From contig JBGARZ010000015.1 of NCBI GenBank assembly GCA_044229975.1, forward strand, positions 96,001-160,000: 64,000 nucleotides of DNA, in the 5' to 3' direction. This DNA is from Polyangiales bacterium. GTDB taxonomy: Bacteria; Myxococcota_A; Polyangia; Polyangiales; Ga0077539. A program made the position numbers and the translations under genes. This document shows, in pieces, positions 36,896 to 45,892 of this stretch; the first letter of the stretch is position 1; each line of letters opens with the position of its first letter. A model generated the notes under the pieces. That model had not been told where the DNA came from. It was given only the letters and a program-made list of their open reading frames with translations, and ran no database searches.

Positions 36896-37162
36896 ATGTC
36901 GAGCGCGAACGACAACGCGGCCCGCTGGACCCCGAAGCAGGGGCAGTACCTGGCGTTCATCTACGCGTACACGACGATCCACCGACAGGCGCCCGCCGAG
37001 CGCGACATGGAGCGGTTCTTCCGCACCTCGCCGCCGACGATTCACACCATGATCAAGACGCTGGAGCGCGAGGGCTTCATCCGCCGACAGCCGGGTGTCG
37101 CGCGCTCGATCCAACTGCTCGTCGAGGCCGACTCGCTGCCTCTCCTCGTGCAGCCAGCGTGA
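36896..37162 (+). CDS. LexA DNA-binding-domain-like winged-HTH protein
   Basis: WTPKQGQYLAFI...PAERDM...SPPTIHTMIKTLEREGFIRRQPGVARSI; no peptidase domain. Start could also be ATG 36893. Confidence 0.85.
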   Translation: MSSANDNAARWTPKQGQYLAFIYAYTTIHRQAPAERDMERFFRTSPPTIHTMIKTLEREGFIRRQPGVARSIQLLVEADSLPLLVQPA

Positions 37163-37199
37163 GGTTCACTGAACCCTTCAAATCCCCTGTGGCGAGGTA

Positions 37200-38522
37200 C
37201 TAGTCCTTCCAGCGATACCAGCCGAAGTCGATGCGCTCGATCGTCCCTGCCTTGAGGAGCTGCTTGACCTTCGCATCGGTGTAGCCGAGCGCACGGAGGT
37301 CGGTCGTCATCAGCTCCTGCCCCGGCGTCGGTGTCGCGCTCGACGCCGTCGGCGCCTCCTTCACGGACGCGACCGCCTTCGTCTTCGTCGGCTTCGTCGG
37401 CTTCGTCGGCTTCGTCGGCTTCGCGACCTCCGTCGTCTCCACCACCGGTGCCGCGGCCTTCGCCACGCTCTCCGGCCACAGCACCGCCACGTCGATGAAC
37501 TCCGCCGCCGTCCCCATCACGGGCGCCTCGTCGGCTGCTCCCTCCGTCGGCGCGACGAAGCTCTCCAGCGGCCCGGTCGCCGCCCACGATTGTGTCGCGA
37601 AGGTCAGCGCTCCCCGCAGCGCCGGCGACAGCGTCGTCTCGCCCGCCGCCCGTCGCAGCGACACCCGCCGCGTCGGCCGCCCGTATCCGCCGCCGTACCC
37701 ATACCCGCGACGGTATCCGCTGTCGTAGTCGTCGTAGTCGTAGCGGCGACGCGTTCGTTGCATCAGCCACTGGCCCAGCATCGGCTTCTCCATCTGCGGG
37801 CTCAGCACGAAGCGCGGCGGGTCCATGTCGGGTGCGGCGAGCAGCACCTGCGAGGCCTCCAGCGCCAGCTCCGGAAACATCGCGCAGAGCCGGTGCAGCG
37901 CCTCGACGCGCATCGGCGCGTGCTCGCACGCCGTGGGCACGGCCGCGCCACGCCGACCGTAGCCCGAGGCGAGCACGCTCATCATCTCGGCGCGGCTCAT
38001 GTGGCCGTTGAGCATCTGCTGGATGAAATCGAGTGGGTTGCTGCTCATCGCGAGCGCGCGCCCCGTCCCGCCGCCGCATGCCGGGCAGGTCGCCGCCTGC
38101 TCCAGGGTTCGCACCATCGACGCCCGGAGCAGCGCGAGCGCCTCCACCGCGGGACCGTCGACGAGCGCGCCCTCGTTGGCGCCCCAGAGCAGCCCCGGTC
38201 GCGACAGCAGCCGGTGCTCCATCAAGAGCGCGTACAGCCCCGCCGCGAGCGTCGAGTCCTTGTCCCCGAAGTTCGCTCCATGGGCCAACCAGAACTCCAT
38301 CGGAAAGCTGACGCTCAGCTCCTTCGGCGTCTTCGTCGTCGCGGCCGCGGCGCCGCTCAGCCGCAGCGTCAACCACTCCCACCGCCCCGTCGCGAGGTTG
38401 CGCATCAGCGTCGCCTCGCCGAAGGACAAACCCGTCACCGAGTACCGCGTCTCGGGTGCCCGCCGCGAGATGCCCGCCACGGCGTCGAGCTGTGCGCGTA
38501 TCGGGTCGCTCGGGGCCGTCAC
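37200..38522 (-). CDS. SNF2-partner protein with atypical SWIM-like Zn ligands and a C-terminal AbiEi-like wHTH
   Basis: GTG 38522 overlaps the SNF2 stop; CPAC...CEH; YDYDDY/GYGYGG tract; KPT repeats; terminal TTDLRALGYTDAKVKQLLKAGTIERIDFGWY. Confidence 0.7.
   Translation of the reverse strand: MTAPSDPIRAQLDAVAGISRRAPETRYSVTGLSFGEATLMRNLATGRWEWLTLRLSGAAAATTKTPKELSVSFPMEFWLAHGANFGDKDSTLAAGLYALLMEHRLLSRPGLLWGANEGALVDGPAVEALALLRASMVRTLEQAATCPACGGGTGRALAMSSNPLDFIQQMLNGHMSRAEMMSVLASGYGRRGAAVPTACEHAPMRVEALHRLCAMFPELALEASQVLLAAPDMDPPRFVLSPQMEKPMLGQWLMQRTRRRYDYDDYDSGYRRGYGYGGGYGRPTRRVSLRRAAGETTLSPALRGALTFATQSWAATGPLESFVAPTEGAADEAPVMGTAAEFIDVAVLWPESVAKAAAPVVETTEVAKPTKPTKPTKPTKTKAVASVKEAPTASSATPTPGQELMTTDLRALGYTDAKVKQLLKAGTIERIDFGWYRWKD
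37383..37423. repeat. 9-bp tandem repeat (CTTCGTCGG, about 4.5 copies)
   Basis: Exact tandem units encoding a KPTKPTKPTK linker. Confidence 0.9.
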
Positions 38523-41500
38523 GACGCCTCCTCCTTGGCGCGCCCGTCGAGCGAGAGGAAGGCCCGCAGCGCGCTGTCGTTCATCTCGGTGATCCACGAC
38601 TCGTCGGCGCCCGCGAGCACCTTGTTGGCGAGGGCGCGCTTGGTCTCCAGCAGCTCGGCGACGCGCTCCTCCAGGGTGCCCATCGTGACGAGGCGGTACA
38701 CGTTGACGTGCTTGGTCTGCCCGATGCGGTGCGCGCGGTCGGTGGCCTGGTCTTCGACGGCGGGGTTCCACCAGCGGTCGTAGTGGATGACGGCGGAGGC
38801 CGCCGTGAGGTTGAGCCCCGTGCCTCCCGCCTTGAGCGACACGATGAACACCGGCGGCCCTTCGGGGTCCTGGAAGGCTTCCACCATGGCCTCGCGCTGC
38901 GGCGCGGTGAGACCACCGTGGTAGAAGTCGGCCTCCACCTGGAGGCGCGTGGAGAGGGCGCGCTGGAGGATGCGGCCCATCTCGTTGAACTGCGTGAAGA
39001 TCACCGCGCGCTGTCCTCCGCCGAGGAGTTCTTCGAGGACCTCCATGGTGCGATCGAGCTTGCCCGAGCGGCCGAAGAGCACGTCGGGCTTGTCCTTCTC
39101 GAAGCTCTCGGGGTGGTTGCAGATCTGCTTGAAGCGGGTGAGCGCCGCGAGGATGTGCGCGCGGCGATGGATGCCCGCCTTGTCGGTGATGCCCTCGAAG
39201 GTGGCCTCGGTCATCGCTTGATAGAGCGCGGTCTGCTCGCGCGTGAGCTCGCAGTCGAGGTCCTGCACCTGGAGCGGCGGGAGGTCGAGCGCGATGGCCG
39301 GGTCGCGCTTGGTGCGCCGCAGGAGAAACGGACCTACGCGGCGTGAGAGCCGTTCGAGGGCCTCGGCCTCGCCGTTGCGCGAGGGCGTCTCGAAGGTGCG
39401 TGCGAAGCGGGTGGCGCCGCCCAGCAACCCAGGCACCACCACGTCGAAGATCGACCACAGGTCGCGCAGGTGGTTTTCCACGGGCGTCCCGGTGAGCCCG
39501 AACTTGGACTCGGCGTCGAGGCCGCGGAGCGCGCGCGTCTGGAGGGCGTTGGGGTTCTTGAGGTTCTGCGCCTCGTCGATGACGACGGCGCCCCAGCGCA
39601 CCGGCGTGAGCATCGCCTCGTCGCGCCGCGCGATGGCGAAGCTGGTGACCACCACGTCAGCGCTCGCCGCGGCCTTCGCAAACGCCTCGGCGTCGCGCTG
39701 CCGACCGAGCCCCTGGTGCACGTGAACCTTCAGCGACGGCGTGAACTTCTTCGCCTCCTTCGCCCAGTTGATGACCACGGCCGTCGGGCACACCACGAGG
39801 TCGGGGCCGCGCGGGGCGGGCGCTCCCTTCATGCGCCGCGTGGCGAGGAGCGCGAGCACCTGCACCGTCTTGCCGAGGCCCATGTCGTCGGCGAGGCAGC
39901 CGCCGAAGCCCTGCGTCGCGAGGAAGGCGAGCCACGACAGCCCGCGCTCCTGGTACGGACGGAGCGATCCCTTGAAGGAGCCCGGCGCCTTGAGCTGCGG
40001 AACGCCTGCGCCGTCTCGCAACCCTGCGAGGAAGCTCTCCCAGCGCTGCGAGAAGATCGACTCGGCCTGCGCGGCGCGCTCGACGGCCCACTCGTCGTCG
40101 AGGGCCACGGCCCCGGCGTAGTTGACGCCCTTGTCGGCGCCCATCTTCCGCAAGACCTTCTCGCGGGCGTGGAGGAGGTCGAGCGCGGACACGAGGTCGG
40201 CGCGCGGGAGCACGTGGCCCTGCACGCGGAGGAAGCCGTCGGTGGTGGTCTTGAGGAGCTGCTCGGCCTCGGTGCTGGAGAGCACGTCGTCGCCGAGCGC
40301 GAGCTCCAGGTGCGGCACGAAGCGGGCGCTGTGGAGGCCGATGCGAGCAGGGTCGTTGGGGTCGCCCGCGAGCTCCCAGCGGACGCGCACGCGGGCGGCC
40401 GAGGCGCTGCCCGGCGACGCGCTGAAGGCGGTGAGCTGGTAGTTGCGGCGGCGCGGTCGGGGGAGGCGCACCTCGGAGAGCCACGGGTCGTACTCGTGGG
40501 GCGGGAGGTGCACGGGAGGCTGCGCGAGGAGGGTCTGCGCCTGCTTCTCGGTGAGGCGCGCCTGACCCGTGAGGAGCTCGGGCAAGGCGAGCAGTCGCGA
40601 GCCCGCGCCGAGGACGGAGGCCCAGTCGCGCTCGGCGACGGAGGCGGGGTGCAGGAAGAGGGTGTCGTCGTGCTCGACCAGCGGGTCGTGGAGCGAGCCG
40701 CGGTCGGTGAGGGTGGCGAGCGGGAGGAAGGCGCGGCTCTCGTGGAGGACGCCGAGGTCGAGCGCCCACGAATCGCCCGCCGCGTCGGGTTGGTCGAGGG
40801 GATGGATGCGGGCGTGGAGGTGGTCCTTCGGCGGCGCGGCGACGGGGGCGAGGGCGGGGTGCTGCGGGTAGAGGCAGCTCCCGAGGTCGCGGTGCAGCGC
40901 GACGGCATCGCCGCGAGAGACGGCTTCGACGAGGGCGCGCACGGCCGCGGGGTCGGTGGGGACGCTCTGCGCGTGGGCCGTCGTGGCGGCGAGCGCTTCG
41001 AGCACGAACACCATGAAGCGCGTGGGGCGCGGGTCGATGGTCCACGACTCGATGGTTCCGCTCGTGGGGTCGATGGCGGGGAGGAAGCGCGACGCCACGA
41101 GGCCGCGGTGCAGGCGGCTCACGTCGGCGATGGAGAGCGGTGGAACCCACCCGAGCGCGACGGTCGGCTGCGCGGGCGCGGTGCCGCGACGGACGGGGAC
41201 TTCGACGGGAGCGAGCGTGGGGAGCAGCGGCCCTTCGTGGACGCGGCGGTGGAGCTCGTCGAGCAGGGCGATGACGGCGGGGGCGTGCGGCGAGAGGAAG
41301 CCGGCGCCGTAGCGGGCGGTCCAGTCGACGAGGAGCTGTCGCAGCGGGCCGAGGGTGAGGGCGGGCGGGATGACCCAGGCGTCGACGACGAACTCGCTGG
41401 TCTCGAGGGTGCGCGAAGCGGCGCGAAACCGATCGAGCTTCCAGCCCTGGACGAGGCCAGGCAGCGGCACCGGGAGGTTGTTGCCGAAGCGCGGAAGCGT

Positions 41501-41713
41501 GACGATGAGCTGCGCGGGCTCGGCGGTGGGAGGCAGGGCCGCGGGGCGCTCCTTGCGGGTGAGCGCGGCTGGGTGACGGAAGGGAATCTCGTAGACCGAG
41601 CGGCGGGCGGCGCTGAAGATGAGCGGGTCGCCCTCGGCCTCGAACCACACGACGAAGCGGAGCGAGGGCCCGTGCTGGACGAGGTGAACGTGCAGACCGA
41701 GGGGGAGAGACAC
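38519..41713 (-). CDS. SNF2/SWI2-family helicase-like ATPase (YwqA-like)
   Basis: LRPYQ, LADDMGLGKT, DEAQ, LTGTPVEN, LRRTK, SGKL, IFTQF, AGGTGLNL, WWNPAVEDQATDRAHRIGQ. Start taken as GTG 41713 because the upstream extension overlaps a Uma2 remnant. Confidence 0.93.
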   Translation of the reverse strand: MSLPLGLHVHLVQHGPSLRFVVWFEAEGDPLIFSAARRSVYEIPFRHPAALTRKERPAALPPTAEPAQLIVTLPRFGNNLPVPLPGLVQGWKLDRFRAASRTLETSEFVVDAWVIPPALTLGPLRQLLVDWTARYGAGFLSPHAPAVIALLDELHRRVHEGPLLPTLAPVEVPVRRGTAPAQPTVALGWVPPLSIADVSRLHRGLVASRFLPAIDPTSGTIESWTIDPRPTRFMVFVLEALAATTAHAQSVPTDPAAVRALVEAVSRGDAVALHRDLGSCLYPQHPALAPVAAPPKDHLHARIHPLDQPDAAGDSWALDLGVLHESRAFLPLATLTDRGSLHDPLVEHDDTLFLHPASVAERDWASVLGAGSRLLALPELLTGQARLTEKQAQTLLAQPPVHLPPHEYDPWLSEVRLPRPRRRNYQLTAFSASPGSASAARVRVRWELAGDPNDPARIGLHSARFVPHLELALGDDVLSSTEAEQLLKTTTDGFLRVQGHVLPRADLVSALDLLHAREKVLRKMGADKGVNYAGAVALDDEWAVERAAQAESIFSQRWESFLAGLRDGAGVPQLKAPGSFKGSLRPYQERGLSWLAFLATQGFGGCLADDMGLGKTVQVLALLATRRMKGAPAPRGPDLVVCPTAVVINWAKEAKKFTPSLKVHVHQGLGRQRDAEAFAKAAASADVVVTSFAIARRDEAMLTPVRWGAVVIDEAQNLKNPNALQTRALRGLDAESKFGLTGTPVENHLRDLWSIFDVVVPGLLGGATRFARTFETPSRNGEAEALERLSRRVGPFLLRRTKRDPAIALDLPPLQVQDLDCELTREQTALYQAMTEATFEGITDKAGIHRRAHILAALTRFKQICNHPESFEKDKPDVLFGRSGKLDRTMEVLEELLGGGQRAVIFTQFNEMGRILQRALSTRLQVEADFYHGGLTAPQREAMVEAFQDPEGPPVFIVSLKAGGTGLNLTAASAVIHYDRWWNPAVEDQATDRAHRIGQTKHVNVYRLVTMGTLEERVAELLETKRALANKVLAGADESWITEMNDSALRAFLSLDGRAKEEAS

Positions 41714-41805
41714 GGCGGCCGCGGAAGGTAGAACGAATCGTCGCGGCGCCGGTAACGTGAGTTCAGACGAATCGTTGTCCGCGGGATCCCGGGCCGGGCG
41801 TGCCA

Positions 41806-41898
41806 GCCGCTGACCCACTCGTGCTTCTGGTCGGCTTCCCGCTCGATGGTCAGGTAGGTCTCGTCATCGATTCAGGTCTGCTCCTCCGCGTCAGCCAT
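41806..41898 (-). pseudogene. Uma2-family endonuclease N-terminal remnant
   Basis: GAGGTG RBS, ATG 41898: MADAEEQT*IDDETYLTIEREADQKHEWVSG (in-frame TGA at 41872-41874), matching the YL..E....KHE...G start of Uma2 proteins. Confidence 0.65.
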
Positions 41899-41954
41899 GA
41901 GCCGCACCTCGCCATCGGGCGCGGCGCGAAACCAGCGTCCCGACGCCCCTCTCC

Positions 41955-43487
41955 TCACTCCCGCGCGAGGCGCTCCCTGGAGCGGAAGGTGTACTGCTGC
42001 GACGCGCGCCAGACCGCCTGCGACACCGCCGGAACGATCTTCATGAACATCACGAGATCCGCATCGGAGAAGCCCTCCGCGGACGGCACGAGGCGCAGCG
42101 CGCCGACGTTGTCCCGCGGCCCGCTCGTTTCGCCCGGCGCGATGGACTCGCGCGCCCCGACGTTCCCCTTGGGCACGCTCAGTCGCAGCCACAACGTCGC
42201 GGGCGGCTCTCGCCCCTGATCGGCCGCGCGCGGCTCGCCCGCCACGCGGCAGTAGTCGCCCGTGAGCTCGCTGGGAAAGGGCTTCGTCTTGCGGGTGCTG
42301 CCGAGGGCGTGGAGCACGAGGCCCTTGCCGCGCCACACCTCCACCTCGCAGCCGGGCCAGCCGTGCTCGAAGATGCCCACGACGGCCCACAAGACCTCGG
42401 CCTCTTCCAGCGTGTCGGCGAGCGCCTCCTGACCGAGCGCGATGGCCTCCTCGCGGTCGCCGGTGCTCGGGAAGAGGAGGTAGTCGACGACCTGGGCGAG
42501 GGTCGTTCGCCCGAAGTACGCGACGCCCAGCGAGAGCGCGAAGGTGGCGAGAAACGCGACGAAGCGGGCGTGTCCCTCGACGCGCCACTCGCTCACGGCG
42601 AAGCGCTGGAGTGCGAGCGTCGCGCCGCCCACCGCCACGATGAAGAACACCACGCGGAAGAAGCGCGGCAGGTGGTCCTTCAGGTTGCCGAGGCCGTCCT
42701 TGATGACGGCCACCGTGATGGCGAGCACGGCGCAGCCCTGCAACACCGGCTGCACGAGCATCGCGAAGACGTCGGCCCCTTCGCCGGCGTGGAGCGCGTT
42801 GTTGATCGCGAAGGCCACGACGCTCGCCCCGATGCCGACCACGACCCACTTCGTCTGGAGGCGGGCTTCGTGACCGGACGTCACGTGCCGTCGGCCCAGC
42901 GCTGCGAGACCGCCGGAGAGCAGCGCGATGTGGATCCACGCGCGGAGCCGGGGGATGCCGTGGAGGCCGTTCCAGTGGTGGAGCCAGCGCCAGGGAGCGC
43001 CCGGCGGATGGAGCACCAGCCACACCACCGCGACCCAGAACACCCAGTACGCGACGCGGGACTGACTCTTGAACTCGCCGCTCGGCAGCGTGAGCGTCGC
43101 GAGCGCGAGGGTCGACGCCGCGATGTTGAGGTTGACGTCGAAGAGCCAGCGGAAGTGATCGGGCGCGTGATCGACCGGCAGCAGCACCCCGATGCCGTAG
43201 GCGAGGAAGCCCCCAGCCAGCACGAGGTGAAAGGGCTGCTTTCGGCCGCGGTACACCAGCAGCCCGACGCAGAAGACGAACACCACCGCCTTGATGGCGA
43301 GGCCGATCAGCAGGACGGTCTGCGCGATCGCCTCCGACGCGTAGAAGCCGTTGCGGACGAGGGTCAGCGCGAGCGCGCTGGAGCCCAGGTGGTGGAAGTA
43401 GGAGACGAAGCGGTCCCACACCGCGATCGGTCCGGCGACGGCGAGGCAGGCGCAGACGACGAACCACACCCGGGCGGCGTTGATCAT
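41955..43487 (-). CDS. Multi-pass membrane protein with a C-terminal GAF-like domain
   Basis: About nine TM helices, ARLQTKWVVVG, QVVDYLLF, VGALRL...FSDADLVMF; no kinase or cyclase domain; ATGA overlap with the patatin gene. Confidence 0.65.
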   Translation of the reverse strand: MINAARVWFVVCACLAVAGPIAVWDRFVSYFHHLGSSALALTLVRNGFYASEAIAQTVLLIGLAIKAVVFVFCVGLLVYRGRKQPFHLVLAGGFLAYGIGVLLPVDHAPDHFRWLFDVNLNIAASTLALATLTLPSGEFKSQSRVAYWVFWVAVVWLVLHPPGAPWRWLHHWNGLHGIPRLRAWIHIALLSGGLAALGRRHVTSGHEARLQTKWVVVGIGASVVAFAINNALHAGEGADVFAMLVQPVLQGCAVLAITVAVIKDGLGNLKDHLPRFFRVVFFIVAVGGATLALQRFAVSEWRVEGHARFVAFLATFALSLGVAYFGRTTLAQVVDYLLFPSTGDREEAIALGQEALADTLEEAEVLWAVVGIFEHGWPGCEVEVWRGKGLVLHALGSTRKTKPFPSELTGDYCRVAGEPRAADQGREPPATLWLRLSVPKGNVGARESIAPGETSGPRDNVGALRLVPSAEGFSDADLVMFMKIVPAVSQAVWRASQQYTFRSRERLARE

Positions 43488-45802
43488 CGGGCGCCCTTCG
43501 GTGGAGGCGTTCGTGGCCTCGTGAGCGTCGATCGCCAGTCACCCATCTTCTTCTTCGCCAGCCCGGGGACGGGCTGCAGCAGGCTCACCAGGGGCACGAG
43601 GAGGGCGACGAATACGGCGAGGGTGATGGCGTTGGGGTGGTCGACCAGCCGCGCGACGGCGAGCGCCGGGATGAGCACCAGGAAGCCTCGCCCGAAGGCC
43701 CTGCGCAGACGAACCCGTCGCTCGCGCGCCTCCTTCGGACCGCGCAGCGGCGTGAGCGGCGTGAGCGCCCTGAGCTTCTCCTCGTTGATGCCGAGGAGCG
43801 CGCGGGTCTCCGTCGACAGACCCGTCTTCGGGTCGCGGTCGCGGAGCCGGTCGAGCGTGCTGTTGTACCCGAGGGCGACGAGCTCCTCCTGCGCTTCGAA
43901 CTCGGTCATCCCGAACCCGCTCACGTCGGGTCGGATGCTGACGTCGGCGCCCTGGTGGAGGCGCACCGAGTCCGCGAGCACCATCGTGCTGGTCACCACC
44001 GTGAGCAGGCTCGGCACGGTGATGGGTTCGAGCAGCGGGTGCACGTGCGAGAGGATCACCGCCATGTTGACCGGGAGGTCGAGCACCTTCTTGCCGATGA
44101 GCTCGCTGTGCGCGGCGCCGACGTCCACGGCGATGACCAGGCCCGCCATGCGGTCGCGCATCGGGCCGATGGGCACGTTGTCGACCACGCCGCCGTCGAC
44201 GAGGATCTTGCCGTTCATCACGACCGGCGGGAGCACGCCGGGGAGGGCGGTGGTCGCGCAGAGGGCACGCCACAGGCGACCCCGCTCGTGGATCATCCGT
44301 CCGCCGCCCACCCCGATGTTGCACGACACGCAGAAGAACGGGATCCAGAGGTCTTCGATCCACCGCTTGCCGCTGAGGTACTTCGCGGGCTTCTCGACCG
44401 CCTCCTTCTGCATGAGCGAGTGGAAGGGGAGCGAAAACGCCGCGAAGGGCGCGAGGTCGACGAAGGCGTGGCGCACGACCTCCTTGGCGACGTCGAAGTC
44501 CCACCACGGGGTCGGCTCGGTTGATGGCTCGACGCCGCCGCGGGCCTTGCGAACCTTCGCGATGGCGGGAGCGAAGTTCTCGTCGGCGTTGGCGCCCTCG
44601 TTCTCGTAGGTGGTGAGCGCGGCGATGCCTCCGCCGGCGCTGGTTCCGCCGACGGCGTCGATGTGGACGTCGCAGTCCCGCAGCGCCTTCACCACCCCGA
44701 GGTGCGCCTGACCGCGCGCCCCGCCGCCGCCGAGCACGAGCCCCACCGCCGTCCCGGTCAGGTGCCGCGCGAGGCGTTCGTAGTGCGGGTGCTGGTCGAT
44801 GCGGATGTGGTGCACCCGCTTGATGCCGTAGCGCCGGTTGAGCCACTCGGGGGTGCCCTCCGGGTCCTTCTTCTCGTCGCGCGGATGCAGCAGCACGAGG
44901 CGGTAGTCGTTGTGCTCCGCCATCGAGTCGAGGAGCACCTTCTCCATCGGCGTGGTGACCGTCGTGGCGTTGGCGTGCGCGACGATGAGCACCGACTCCG
45001 ACTGCCGGATGCACCGCTGCGTCCACACCTCGTAGGCCGGGTCGGCCACGAACACGATGATGTCGTGACGGCTCGCGAGCGCTTCGACCTTGGAGAGAAT
45101 CTGGCGGTCGGCGTCGTCCCACTCCCCGATGGCGTTGTCGGCGGAGCCCTTCCCGATCTTCTCCTCGAAGTCGTCGCGGTCGAGCCGCAGCACCCTCCGG
45201 CGCCCCTGCGTCGACTTCTGGAGCGCGCTCATCAGGTCGACGACGAAGCGGTCACGAATCGGCTCGAAGCCCGCGCCGGGGAGCACCGCGATGTGCCGGG
45301 TGCGAGCCGCCGCGGCCGGGGCCCTCAGCACCGCGCTGGACTCGCCGCCGAGAACCTCCGCGAGGCGCTGCCACAGCGTGGCGTCGCAGCGGGCCATCTC
45401 GACGAAGACCTCGCGCGGGAGCAGCGCCACCTCGGAGTCTTGAAGGGCGAGCGCGGTGAAGCGTCGCGCCGACTGGTCGAGGAGCACCCCGGCGCCGATC
45501 ACGTCGCCGACCCGCGCCTCCTGCACGAAGCTCACCTTGGCGTCCGAGCTGTGGGTGACGCGCAGCCGCCCGTGCAGCACGAGGTAGGCGCCCTGCGGTG
45601 CCTCGTCGGACCCGATGAGCGTGTCGCCGCCGGGGACGCACAGCCACTCCAGCACCCGGTCGTGCTCGCCGTCCTGGTCGCGGTAGCGATCGTTGGTGAA
45701 CGTACGAAGCACGCCCGGGTCGACGCTCTTGAAGAGCCCGCACCGCAGCAGGAGCCCGTAGGCGTCGTCGGTCGTCGGGAGCGTCGTGGGCTTGTGCGGC
45801 AT
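43484..45802 (-). CDS. cNMP-binding + patatin-like phospholipase (NTE-like) with C-terminal TM helices
   Basis: cNMP-like YLVLHGRLRV...GDVIG; LGGGGARG, GTSAG nucleophile, LVDGG. Confidence 0.9.
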   Translation of the reverse strand: MPHKPTTLPTTDDAYGLLLRCGLFKSVDPGVLRTFTNDRYRDQDGEHDRVLEWLCVPGGDTLIGSDEAPQGAYLVLHGRLRVTHSSDAKVSFVQEARVGDVIGAGVLLDQSARRFTALALQDSEVALLPREVFVEMARCDATLWQRLAEVLGGESSAVLRAPAAAARTRHIAVLPGAGFEPIRDRFVVDLMSALQKSTQGRRRVLRLDRDDFEEKIGKGSADNAIGEWDDADRQILSKVEALASRHDIIVFVADPAYEVWTQRCIRQSESVLIVAHANATTVTTPMEKVLLDSMAEHNDYRLVLLHPRDEKKDPEGTPEWLNRRYGIKRVHHIRIDQHPHYERLARHLTGTAVGLVLGGGGARGQAHLGVVKALRDCDVHIDAVGGTSAGGGIAALTTYENEGANADENFAPAIAKVRKARGGVEPSTEPTPWWDFDVAKEVVRHAFVDLAPFAAFSLPFHSLMQKEAVEKPAKYLSGKRWIEDLWIPFFCVSCNIGVGGGRMIHERGRLWRALCATTALPGVLPPVVMNGKILVDGGVVDNVPIGPMRDRMAGLVIAVDVGAAHSELIGKKVLDLPVNMAVILSHVHPLLEPITVPSLLTVVTSTMVLADSVRLHQGADVSIRPDVSGFGMTEFEAQEELVALGYNSTLDRLRDRDPKTGLSTETRALLGINEEKLRALTPLTPLRGPKEARERRVRLRRAFGRGFLVLIPALAVARLVDHPNAITLAVFVALLVPLVSLLQPVPGLAKKKMGDWRSTLTRPRTPPPKGAR

Positions 45803-45892
45803 GCGACAGGGCGATGGCCCACCGCATCGTCGCCCAGGGCGTCGACGATCGCCAAGAATGTCTCTCGCCCGGTGGTCGCGCGGGTCGCGGGG

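Larger units (their letters stand above)
35682..37203. mobile_element. IS630-family insertion sequence with a passenger HTH gene
   Basis: 24-bp inverted repeats 35682-35705 and 37169-37192 (one mismatch); the right end continues ...CGAGGTACTAG, consistent with a TA/CTAG target. Confidence 0.88.

Noticed and set aside
43484..45802. cNMP-patatin as part of a CBASS or Pycsar operon
   Set aside because: No CD-NTase or nucleotide cyclase gene nearby; the architecture matches NTE-like proteins.
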